Source: Candidatus Amesbacteria bacterium GW2011_GWB1_47_19
GTDB taxonomy: Bacteria; Patescibacteriota; Microgenomatia; CAZETR01; Amesbacteraceae
NCBI GenBank assembly: GCA_001002325.1
Contig: LCNZ01000001.1
Span: 67,773-131,772 of the forward strand
Reading direction: 5' to 3'
DNA: 64,000 nucleotides
Below the pieces are notes generated by a model. The model did not search any database and was not told the origin of the DNA. It saw only the letters and a list, made by a program, of their open reading frames with translations. Shown here in pieces: positions 20,567 to 28,409 of the stretch. How positions within the stretch are numbered: position 1 is the first letter of the stretch; the number at the start of each line of letters is the position of its first letter. The position numbers and the translations under genes were made by a program.

Positions 20567-22284
20567 TGATCGGTTTGGCGATGGCCGGGGTGCTGATATG
20601 TGCGGCTTTATTTGAAGTTAAGTACCAGGAAAAGGCATTTCCGGGAGTGAAAGTTGCAGGGAAGGAAGTCGAAGGAATGAACAAGGCAGAAATACAGATA
20701 TTGTTAAAAACTGAGTCGGAGAAAATGTCAGGTCTGTGGCTGGGGTGGGGAATAAATAAATGGGTGGTAAGCCCCGATGAGATCGGTCTAACCTATGATG
20801 TGCAGCAAACCGCTGATATAGCGCTGAAAGTGGGAAGGGACGGAAAGCCAATCCAAAACTGGAGAATGCGACTGCAAATATTCAGACAAGGCAGGGAAAT
20901 CGGTCCGGTGGCGGTCTGGGATACCAAGAAGACGGATATTGCCATAGCAGAAATTGCCGGTCAAATTGACCTACCAGCAAGGGAACCGGAAATAATGATT
21001 GTAAGGGCAAACAATGTAGTAGTGGTGACATCCGGAGAAAACGGTTATGAAGTTGACCGGTTAGCCTTAATTAAAGATTTGGAAAGGGCGGCCGAACGGC
21101 TGGACAACAACCGGATTGACATTCCGATAGTGCAATTGCGTCCGAGATTGTCCGACGAACAAGTAGCCAGACTGACCGGAAGAGGGCAAAAATTAATCGG
21201 GAAAAACCTGATACTGACTTTGGCGGAGATAGATCAAAAGTGGGAAGTGGGGGATGAACAACTTATCACCTGGTTGGACGGAGCGTCCGACGGATGGAAG
21301 AGATACAAAGTCTCAGAGTGGGTAAAACAGCTGGCCCAGGCGATAGACAGACCGGCTGAAGACGCGACTTTTAAGTTTGTCGAACCCGGTAAGGTTGAGG
21401 AATTTAAACCGGCAAAGGAAGGGCTAAAAGTCAAACAAGAGGAGCTGACTGATGAGATTGTCCGGGCAGTAGAAAAAGTCGAGCTGGAAGGGAACAATGG
21501 ACAACTAGCTATTTTGACCGAGAAAACCTGGCCGGAAATCGGAACCGGTGAAGTGAATAATTTCGGAATTAATGAGCGAATTGGGATGGGAGAGTCTTGG
21601 TTTTCGGGCTCTATTACCAATAGAATATTTAATCTGAAAAAAGCGGCGGAAAAATTGAACGGGACATTAATTCCCCCAGAAGAGGTGTTTTCGTTTAACG
21701 AGCACGTCGGGGAAGTGTCAGCGGACACCGGTTATAAACAGGCGTATATCATCAAGGAAGGAAAAACCATATTGGGTGACGGGGGAGGGGTATGTCAGGT
21801 ATCCACCACGCTGTTTAGGGCGGTCCTGAATGCGGGATTGCCGGTGGAAGAAAGAACTGCTCATGCATACCGGGTGAGTTATTATGAAGAAAAATATCAG
21901 GTGGGCTTTGATGCGACCGTATTTCAGCCCAGTCCGGATTTTAAATTCCGTAATGATACTCCGGCGTACGTGCTGATCCAGACGGAATTTAACGAAAAAG
22001 AAAAGCATCTGGTTTTCAGATTGTACGGGACGAGTGACGGACGACTGGTGACGTTGTCTAAGTCCAGGATCTGGGAAGTGACAGCTCCTCCGCCGGACTT
22101 GTATATTGACGACCCGACTTTACCCGCCGGCACTGTGAAGCAAACCGAGCACGCCGCCAAAGGATCGAAAGTGGCTTTTGACTGGAAAGTCACCCGAGGT
22201 GAAGAAATTCTCCAGGAGAGAACTTTTTACTCCAATTACCGGCCATGGCAGGCAGTGTATTTGAGGGGAACCAAAACCAATTGA
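20356..22284 (+). CDS. VanW-domain protein
   Basis: N-terminal TM, then GGGVCQVSTTLFRAVLNAGLPVEERTAHAY, the VanW core motif. The true start is probably MTMLIRK at about 20527. Confidence 0.7.
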   Translation: MEEEAGEAVPVPQAEEEVVEVVQKPEKPIRQMSEVTEEVSGPYPKSIQQAGRSWIYNMTMLIRKSKSLVTLIGLAMAGVLICAALFEVKYQEKAFPGVKVAGKEVEGMNKAEIQILLKTESEKMSGLWLGWGINKWVVSPDEIGLTYDVQQTADIALKVGRDGKPIQNWRMRLQIFRQGREIGPVAVWDTKKTDIAIAEIAGQIDLPAREPEIMIVRANNVVVVTSGENGYEVDRLALIKDLERAAERLDNNRIDIPIVQLRPRLSDEQVARLTGRGQKLIGKNLILTLAEIDQKWEVGDEQLITWLDGASDGWKRYKVSEWVKQLAQAIDRPAEDATFKFVEPGKVEEFKPAKEGLKVKQEELTDEIVRAVEKVELEGNNGQLAILTEKTWPEIGTGEVNNFGINERIGMGESWFSGSITNRIFNLKKAAEKLNGTLIPPEEVFSFNEHVGEVSADTGYKQAYIIKEGKTILGDGGGVCQVSTTLFRAVLNAGLPVEERTAHAYRVSYYEEKYQVGFDATVFQPSPDFKFRNDTPAYVLIQTEFNEKEKHLVFRLYGTSDGRLVTLSKSRIWEVTAPPPDLYIDDPTLPAGTVKQTEHAAKGSKVAFDWKVTRGEEILQERTFYSNYRPWQAVYLRGTKTN

Positions 22285-22285
22285 C

Positions 22286-22675
22286 CTAATAGGCGGCGCC
22301 TTCGAAATCCGGGCAGTTGGTTTGGGCCCACTGGAGAAACTCCTGTGTGCACTGCGGATTTTTTGCTCCCGGCCCAGGCATACAGTTTATCCAAGAAGTA
22401 GCAGGACAAACCCGGGTGTTTTTGCGGGGAAACCAGGGCAATTTAATTTTGGGCTTGTTGACCACACTGACACACCTGCCTGAAGCGTCAGGATAATCAC
22501 CTTCCATTTGGCATGTATAGCCAAGCGGACACTGGATATTGGCAATACCTCCGCACATGACAGGGGTTTTGCCGGTATCAGAAGGCAGCAAGTCCGTGAC
22601 ACGGGGTAACAGTAAAAATGCGAAGAACAGCAAAAACAGGGAGACGATGATGATCAGGGGGTAACGGGACTGCAT
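22286..22675 (-). CDS. small secreted cysteine-rich protein
   Basis: Signal-peptide-like N-terminus and 10 Cys in 129 aa. Confidence 0.4.
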   Translation of the reverse strand: MQSRYPLIIIVSLFLLFFAFLLLPRVTDLLPSDTGKTPVMCGGIANIQCPLGYTCQMEGDYPDASGRCVSVVNKPKIKLPWFPRKNTRVCPATSWINCMPGPGAKNPQCTQEFLQWAQTNCPDFEGAAY

Positions 22676-22702
22676 CGGGCTTAGTTTTGTTATATCATAC
22701 GC

Positions 22703-23839
22703 ATGATGAAAACACTAAAAGCTAACGACTCCGAGATCGTCGAAACCGCCGTAAAGGTACTAAAAAACGGGGGTTTAGTGATTTTTCCGACGGAAACGAT
22801 GTACGGAATCGGGGCAGATGCAACGAATGAAAAGGCTATAAACAAATTAAATAATTACAAAAAAAGACCTTTGGGGAAGCCTTATTCGATAGCAGTTACC
22901 GGTCAGGCTATGTCTGAGGAATATGCACAACTGAATAAAACAGCCAGGCAACTGTATAAGAGTTTTTTACCGGGACCGGTCACGATAATTTCAAAAATCA
23001 AAATTCAAGATTCAAATCAAATTCAAAAATCAAAATTCAAATTAGCTTCAGGTATCGGGAGTGAGTTGGGAACGATAGGAATTAGAATCCCGGATTATCC
23101 GCTGGTTTTGGATATTATTGAAAAATTAGGCAGGCCAATTACGGCGACTTCGGCAAATGCGAGTTACAAGAAAAGACCGTACAAAATATCAGATATTTTC
23201 GACAATATTTCGGATAAGCAAAAATCGTTGATCGACCTGGTGATAGATGCCGGAGAACTACCGCATAACGAACCATCGACGGTAATCGACACGACACTAG
23301 ATGACCCTGTCGTCCTTCGCCAAGGAGAAGTAGTTATTGGTTCATCGCCTAAAGTTATAAGCAGGTCGGAGGAGGATACCAAGAATACAGCAAAGGAGCT
23401 GTGGCAAAGTTATGAAAAACATGCGGGGCAGAGGGCGATTGTGTTTGCGCTGGAAGGACCGATGGGGGCAGGGAAGACAGTATTTACCAAGGGGCTTGCT
23501 AAAGCTATGGGGATTGGGGATGAAATACTATCCCCAACTTACAATCTACATCACAATTACCAATTTTTAATTTACAATTTACAAACAAATTCCAATAATC
23601 AAATTCCAAATATCAAAACATTAAGTCATATTGATGCGTGGAGGATGAGCGGACCGAAGGAGCTGGAAGCGCTGGGGATGAGGGGGTTGATTCATGACAA
23701 ATCCGTGCTGGCGATAGAATGGGCGGAAAGAGTGGGTGATACGATACGCAATTATAATGAGGAGGCGATAATTATTTGGGTAAAAATAAAATACGGAAAA
23801 AAAGAAAAAGAGAGGGAAATTAGTTGGGGAGCTATTTAA
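22703..23839 (+). CDS. fused L-threonylcarbamoyladenylate synthase TsaC (YrdC/Sua5 domain) and t6A ATPase TsaE (YjeE)
   Basis: The N-terminal half has the YrdC motif (VIFPTETMYGIGADATNEKAINKL..KKRPLGKPYSIAV). The C-terminal half has the TsaE P-loop (GPMGAGKTVFTKGLAKAMGI...SPTYNL...HIDAWRM). Two AT-rich repeat insertions are in-frame. Confidence 0.7.
   Translation: MMKTLKANDSEIVETAVKVLKNGGLVIFPTETMYGIGADATNEKAINKLNNYKKRPLGKPYSIAVTGQAMSEEYAQLNKTARQLYKSFLPGPVTIISKIKIQDSNQIQKSKFKLASGIGSELGTIGIRIPDYPLVLDIIEKLGRPITATSANASYKKRPYKISDIFDNISDKQKSLIDLVIDAGELPHNEPSTVIDTTLDDPVVLRQGEVVIGSSPKVISRSEEDTKNTAKELWQSYEKHAGQRAIVFALEGPMGAGKTVFTKGLAKAMGIGDEILSPTYNLHHNYQFLIYNLQTNSNNQIPNIKTLSHIDAWRMSGPKELEALGMRGLIHDKSVLAIEWAERVGDTIRNYNEEAIIIWVKIKYGKKEKEREISWGAI
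22988..23045. repeat. AT-rich heptamer tandem repeat (TCAAAAA/TCAAAAT/TCAAGAT)n in tsaC-tsaE
   Basis: tcaaaaatcaaaattcaagattcaaatcaaattcaaaaatcaaaattcaaattag. Confidence 0.8.
23541..23620. repeat. AT-rich heptamer repeat block in tsaE portion
   Basis: acaatctacatcacaattaccaatttttaatttacaatttacaaacaaattccaataatcaaattccaaatatcaaaac. Confidence 0.75.
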
Positions 23840-23900
23840 TTTACAATTTACAATTTACAATCAAATTTCAATGAGCAAATCAAAAATTCCAAACATTTTA
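23837..23900. repeat. AT-rich heptamer repeat (AATTTAC)n spanning tsaCE stop and tsaD start
   Basis: taatttacaatttacaatttacaatcaaatttcaatgagcaaatcaaaaattccaaac. Confidence 0.8.
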
Positions 23901-25049
23901 GCAATTGATACATCGCGCGACCCCACTACACCTACGGCTTCGTTAGGGGCAAGTGAGACGGCTCCACTAATTTTAGCTATAGACACTTCTTGTGATGAGA
24001 CTGCAGTTGCTGTAACTCAAGGTGCGACTATATTGTCGAATGTCATCTGGAGCCAGGCGAGTGAACATGCAAAGTTCGGAGGAGTAATGCCCAGTTTAGC
24101 ACAAAGAATGCATGAGGAAAGAATTGATTGGGTGGTTAAGAAGGCGATTCAAGATTCAAGATACAAGATACAAGATATTGAGGCGGTGGCGGTAACGGCG
24201 GGACCGGGACTGGCGATTGCGCTGGAAGTAGGAATCAGAAAAGCCAAGGAAATGGCAAAAGAATTAAAAATACCGTTAATACCAGTGAATCATGTTGAAG
24301 GACATCTTCTGAGCCCATTAGCTTTTCCCCGTACCACCCCCCACCCCCCTCCTATTTTAGGAGGGGGAATTAAAGAGGGTGGTATTTCATTTCCGGCTTT
24401 CGGATTGGTAGTTTCGGGCGGGCATACGGAATTGATTTTGATTAAAAAAATCGGGAAATATGAAATTTTAGCGCAAACAACGGATGATGCTTTGGGAGAA
24501 GCGTTGGATAAAGCAGCGAGAATGCTGGGATTGGGATATCCGGGTGGGGCAATCTTAGAAAAAATGGCCCGATCCGGCAAACCGAAATCCTATTCCCTTC
24601 CCCTGCCGATGGCCCGCCATCAGGACAAAAGCGCCTTCTCTTATTCAGGACTAAAAACGGCATTCTACCGCCTGATAAGTGCTCAGGGTCCAGTGCTCAG
24701 TGCTCAACAAGTCTATGATCTGGCGGCGAGTTTTCAGGACCGGGCGTTTGAGCATCTGGTCAGAGTTTGCAGTCGGACGATTCACGATTCACAATTTACG
24801 ATTCACGATTTACTGCTGGGGGGTGGGGTGGGGGCAAATACGGAATTGAGAAAAAGACTGCGAAAAATGTGCAGGGAGTTGGGATTAAATTTGCGAGTCC
24901 CCTACTCTGCAAAACTTTACGGTGATAATGCGGGGATGATTGGGGTCGCGGCAGGATTTAAGATCCTAGGTGCTAGATATCAGATGCCAGATCTGAAAAA
25001 GATTGACCGGGTACCGAGGTGGAAAATAAATGAAATTTATGATTTATGA
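23871..25049 (+). CDS. tsaD: tRNA N6-adenosine threonylcarbamoyltransferase TsaD (Kae1/YgjD)
   Basis: ILAIDTSCDETAVAV, NHVEGHL and VVSGGHTELI motifs. The N-terminal extension duplicates the ILAIDTS segment, and internal repeat/hairpin insertions are present. Confidence 0.85.
   Translation: MSKSKIPNILAIDTSRDPTTPTASLGASETAPLILAIDTSCDETAVAVTQGATILSNVIWSQASEHAKFGGVMPSLAQRMHEERIDWVVKKAIQDSRYKIQDIEAVAVTAGPGLAIALEVGIRKAKEMAKELKIPLIPVNHVEGHLLSPLAFPRTTPHPPPILGGGIKEGGISFPAFGLVVSGGHTELILIKKIGKYEILAQTTDDALGEALDKAARMLGLGYPGGAILEKMARSGKPKSYSLPLPMARHQDKSAFSYSGLKTAFYRLISAQGPVLSAQQVYDLAASFQDRAFEHLVRVCSRTIHDSQFTIHDLLLGGGVGANTELRKRLRKMCRELGLNLRVPYSAKLYGDNAGMIGVAAGFKILGARYQMPDLKKIDRVPRWKINEIYDL
24144..24178. 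repeat. heptamer tandem repeat (ATTCAAG/ATACAAG)x5 in tsaD
   Basis: gattcaagattcaagatacaagatacaagatattg encodes IQDSRYKIQDI. Confidence 0.85.
24345..24367 (+). other. perfect 9-bp stem / 5-nt loop hairpin inside tsaD coding sequence
   Basis: cccccTCCT-atttt-AGGAggggg read directly. It encodes the non-conserved insertion PHPPPILGGGI between conserved TsaD blocks. Confidence 0.7.
24777..24814. repeat. heptamer tandem repeat (GATTCAC/AATTTAC)x5 in tsaD
   Basis: cgattcacgattcacaatttacgattcacgatttactg encodes IHDSQFTIHDLL. Confidence 0.85.
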
Positions 25050-25066
25050 TTCATGATTCAAGAATT
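25033..25066. repeat. heptamer tandem repeat (AATTTAT/GATTTAT/GATTCAT)n at tsaD 3' end
   Basis: aaatttatgatttatgattcatgattcaagaattg spans the tsaD stop codon. Confidence 0.85.
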
Positions 25067-25082
25067 GGGGTAAAATACGGGC

Positions 25083-27317
25083 ATGGATAAAGCATATGAT
25101 CATAAGAAGCATGAGAGGGAGATTTATAAGAAATGGGAGGGAAGTGGGGCCTTTAAACCCGGAAAGGAAGGGAAACAATTTACCGTATTGATGCCACCAC
25201 CAAATGCTAACGCATCACTCCATGCCGGACATGCTATGTATACCATTGACGACATTGTGGTTCGTTGGAAACGTATGCAGGGTTTTTCCACTGTGTGGAT
25301 ACCGGGTACGGATCATGCAGGATTTGAAACTCAATATGTATATGAAAAAGAACTGGCTAAACAAGGCAAATCCAGAATGGATTTTGACAGAAAAACACTT
25401 TACGAAAATATTTATAAATTCGTAAAAGATAATTCAGGATTAATTTATAAACAATTTAAGCAGTTAGGCTTTTCGGCAGATTGGGAAAGAAGTGTCTTTA
25501 CCCTTGATGAAAAAGTTTTAAACCGGGTTTGGAAAACCTTTATGCAGATGGAAAAAGAAGGCAAAGTTTACCGGGATGAATATATCGTGAATTACTGCAC
25601 TCATTGCGGAACAAGTTTAGCCGAACTGGAAGTGGTACATGAAGAGCGCACTGATCCACTGTACTATATAAAATATGGTCCATTTGAGCTGGCTACGGTC
25701 CGGCCGGAAACTAAATTCGGAGATACGGGGGTGGCGGTACATCCGAAAGACAAGCGGTATACAAAATTTGTAGGCCAGGAAATTGAAGTTGAAGGGTTAC
25801 TGGGAAAATTTAAGGTAAGGGTGATTGCGGACGAAATGGTAGACCCGGATTTCGGGACGGGGGTAGTTAAAGTTACCCCGGCACACGATCCCAACGATTT
25901 TGAAATGGGTAAAAGGCACGGGCTGTCTGTTAAACAAGTTATTGGAATAGACGGAAGGCTGAATGAGTTAACCGGAAGATTTCAAGGCTTAAAAGTGGCA
26001 GAGGCCAAAAAACAAGTAGTAGAAGAACTACAGAAAGCGGGATTGATGATAGAAATAGACGAAAACTACAAACATTCCGTGGCTTTATGCTACAAATGCC
26101 GACGGGTACTGGAGCCGATGGTGATGCCAAATTGGTTTATCAGGGTAGATGAACTGAAAAAGCCTGTCATAAAAGTAGTTGAAAACGAGGAAGTAAAGTT
26201 TTTTCCAAAGAGGTTTAAAAAGCAGATGCTGCAATGGTTGAAGATAATGCATGATTGGCCAATTAGCAGGCAAATAGCATGGGGGGTAAAGATTCCGGTA
26301 TGGTACGAAATAGAACCAGAAAACGATAATATTTATGTTTGGTGGCTGGATAAAAACAGTCAGTTACAACAAGGAGTGGCCAGTGAAATATTAAAAAGAG
26401 GCACTCCCCTATCTGAAATCGAGGAGGGATTGCAGCGAGTAAAGGCTAAGACCGGGGAGGCGGCTCCTAAATATAAAGTAGCTTTGGACAAGCCAGGCGA
26501 AAATTACTTACCAGAAACTGACACATTCGATACCTGGTTTTCTTCCGGGCAGTGGCCGCTAGTTACTTTAAGTGAAGAAGAATATGCTGCCCGTTTACCA
26601 ACGGATTTTATGGGCACACTGGAAGACATTCTCAAATTCTGGATATCCAGGATGATCATGTTTTCGTTGTATTTGCAGAAGGTAATTCCCTATCGGGATG
26701 TATATCTGTGGTCGATGGTAGCTGATGCCAAAGGAGTTAAAATGAGTAAAAGTAAAGGTAATGTAGTAAATCCAATCGAATTGGTAGATAAATTCGGGGC
26801 TGACGCGCTCAGAATGGCAATGATTTTTGGAGTAGCTCCAGGGAGCAAGATTCCACTGTCTGACGAAAAAGTTAAAGGGATGCGCAATTTCGCAAACAAA
26901 ATATGGAATATGGGGAGGTTTATAGAATTGATGTTCGAAGCTTACGGAAAAGAAGTAGAATTCTATAAAGAGGAGTTATTCAGACCGCGACTAGCTCTTG
27001 AAGACATGGAAATCATCAAAAAGCTAACGAAGACTGTTGATGTCGTAAATCGGGGGTTGGAAAAATACAGATTTGCAGATGCAGCAGAGGCGATTTATGA
27101 ATTTTTATGGCATCAACTGGCGGATGTCTATATCGAAAAAGTGAAGAAAAGAGAAGACAAAGAAGTTGCTTTGTCTGTGGTAAGACATGTTTACCTGACA
27201 GCGTTAAAATTATTGCACCCGTTTATGCCGTTTGTGACGGAAGCCGTTTGGAGTGAAATTAAGGATTTAAGAAAATATCCTGACCAAATGCTAATAACGA
27301 GTCGCTGGCCAGTTTAA
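25083..27317 (+). CDS. valS: valine--tRNA ligase (short form lacking C-terminal coiled coil)
   Basis: PPPNANASLHAGHA (HIGH region, ValRS-like P-PN-TG-LH-GHA) and KMSKSKGNVV (KMSKS). Confidence 0.8.
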   Translation: MDKAYDHKKHEREIYKKWEGSGAFKPGKEGKQFTVLMPPPNANASLHAGHAMYTIDDIVVRWKRMQGFSTVWIPGTDHAGFETQYVYEKELAKQGKSRMDFDRKTLYENIYKFVKDNSGLIYKQFKQLGFSADWERSVFTLDEKVLNRVWKTFMQMEKEGKVYRDEYIVNYCTHCGTSLAELEVVHEERTDPLYYIKYGPFELATVRPETKFGDTGVAVHPKDKRYTKFVGQEIEVEGLLGKFKVRVIADEMVDPDFGTGVVKVTPAHDPNDFEMGKRHGLSVKQVIGIDGRLNELTGRFQGLKVAEAKKQVVEELQKAGLMIEIDENYKHSVALCYKCRRVLEPMVMPNWFIRVDELKKPVIKVVENEEVKFFPKRFKKQMLQWLKIMHDWPISRQIAWGVKIPVWYEIEPENDNIYVWWLDKNSQLQQGVASEILKRGTPLSEIEEGLQRVKAKTGEAAPKYKVALDKPGENYLPETDTFDTWFSSGQWPLVTLSEEEYAARLPTDFMGTLEDILKFWISRMIMFSLYLQKVIPYRDVYLWSMVADAKGVKMSKSKGNVVNPIELVDKFGADALRMAMIFGVAPGSKIPLSDEKVKGMRNFANKIWNMGRFIELMFEAYGKEVEFYKEELFRPRLALEDMEIIKKLTKTVDVVNRGLEKYRFADAAEAIYEFLWHQLADVYIEKVKKREDKEVALSVVRHVYLTALKLLHPFMPFVTEAVWSEIKDLRKYPDQMLITSRWPV

Positions 27318-27688
27318 GATTTGGCGATGACGGGGGAAGATTTGGTTTTGAGGTCGACTTCGATGGGTCTGAGAAGCAGGACGCCAAGCGAGGCAATTCT
27401 GTAACCACCACCGGCAACAAAACCCATGAGCAACAGATGTAGTGTCAGGTTGGAAATGTCGTTTAAAGCCGACGCGGAAATTAGTTCAACCGGAGGATTT
27501 TCCGTACCGGTGTTGGGAAGAACCTGGGGACCCAGTAGCTGATTTAAGTTTAAGGTGATACCAGTTTGATTAAATACCCGGGCAGGTTTAGTTTTGGCAG
27601 TAAATACCAAATAGACACTGAGAACGGCTGCGAGGATAAGCAATAAACCAAGCGAGAGCAAACTGTAACCTATGATTTTTTCCGACAC
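27314..27688 (-). CDS. small membrane protein, hypothetical
   Basis: 124 aa with two hydrophobic helices. Confidence 0.3.
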   Translation of the reverse strand: MSEKIIGYSLLSLGLLLILAAVLSVYLVFTAKTKPARVFNQTGITLNLNQLLGPQVLPNTGTENPPVELISASALNDISNLTLHLLLMGFVAGGGYRIASLGVLLLRPIEVDLKTKSSPVIAKS

Positions 27689-27700
27689 ACAGCCAGTATA

Positions 27701-28402
27701 CTACTGGGCAGGTTTCTCTTCAGCAGTCGGAGCCGGGGCGGCTTCACCCTCCTTCGCTTCCGTTTCGGCGGGCAATCCCTCGGCCGGGGCGGCTTCACCT
27801 TCGGGAGTCTCGACAAGTACCGGAGCTTCTTCTTTCTCCTCTGCGGCAAGGGGCTCTATTTTGACAATAATAGTTTCAGGGTCGGTGATAACTTTATATT
27901 TAGGTGAGGATTTGATATCCGAAATTGAGAGAGATGAACCGACCTCGGTGAGTGAGGAAACGTCCAGAGTAATGTTTTCCGGCATGTCTGTCGGGAGAGC
28001 CTCTACCTCTACATCGTTTGTCTGCTGAACCAGGATACCCAGTTTTTCTTTTTCCGCCGGAGCATCGCCTTCCAGAAGAACGCGAACCGGTGCAGTAACT
28101 TTTTCTTTAAGATCCACCTGATGGAAAACTACATGTAAAATCCGGCCGGTAACCGGATGTACTACCGCATCGCGCACAAACACCGGCCTGTCCAATTTTT
28201 CACCTTTGACGGTGAGATAAACCAAAGTGGACTCCCCTGCTTCTTTGTAAACAGTGTGGAAATCTTTGGTGTTGATCTGAATACTGACTGAGGATATATT
28301 TTTGCCGAAGATATTTGCGGGAATGAGACCAGAAGTACGCAACTGTTTAACTTTGCGGCCTAAAACTTCGCGCTTTTCGGCTGATAATGTGTGTTTGGTC
28401 AT
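27701..28402 (-). CDS. rplY: 50S ribosomal protein L25 (Ctc form) with acidic/PA-rich C-terminal tail
   Basis: N-terminal L25 fold sequence (LSAEKREVLGRKVKQLRTSGLIPANIFGK) followed by a low-complexity EAPA tail. Confidence 0.8.
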   Translation of the reverse strand: MTKHTLSAEKREVLGRKVKQLRTSGLIPANIFGKNISSVSIQINTKDFHTVYKEAGESTLVYLTVKGEKLDRPVFVRDAVVHPVTGRILHVVFHQVDLKEKVTAPVRVLLEGDAPAEKEKLGILVQQTNDVEVEALPTDMPENITLDVSSLTEVGSSLSISDIKSSPKYKVITDPETIIVKIEPLAAEEKEEAPVLVETPEGEAAPAEGLPAETEAKEGEAAPAPTAEEKPAQ

Positions 28403-28409
28403 ATGGGGA

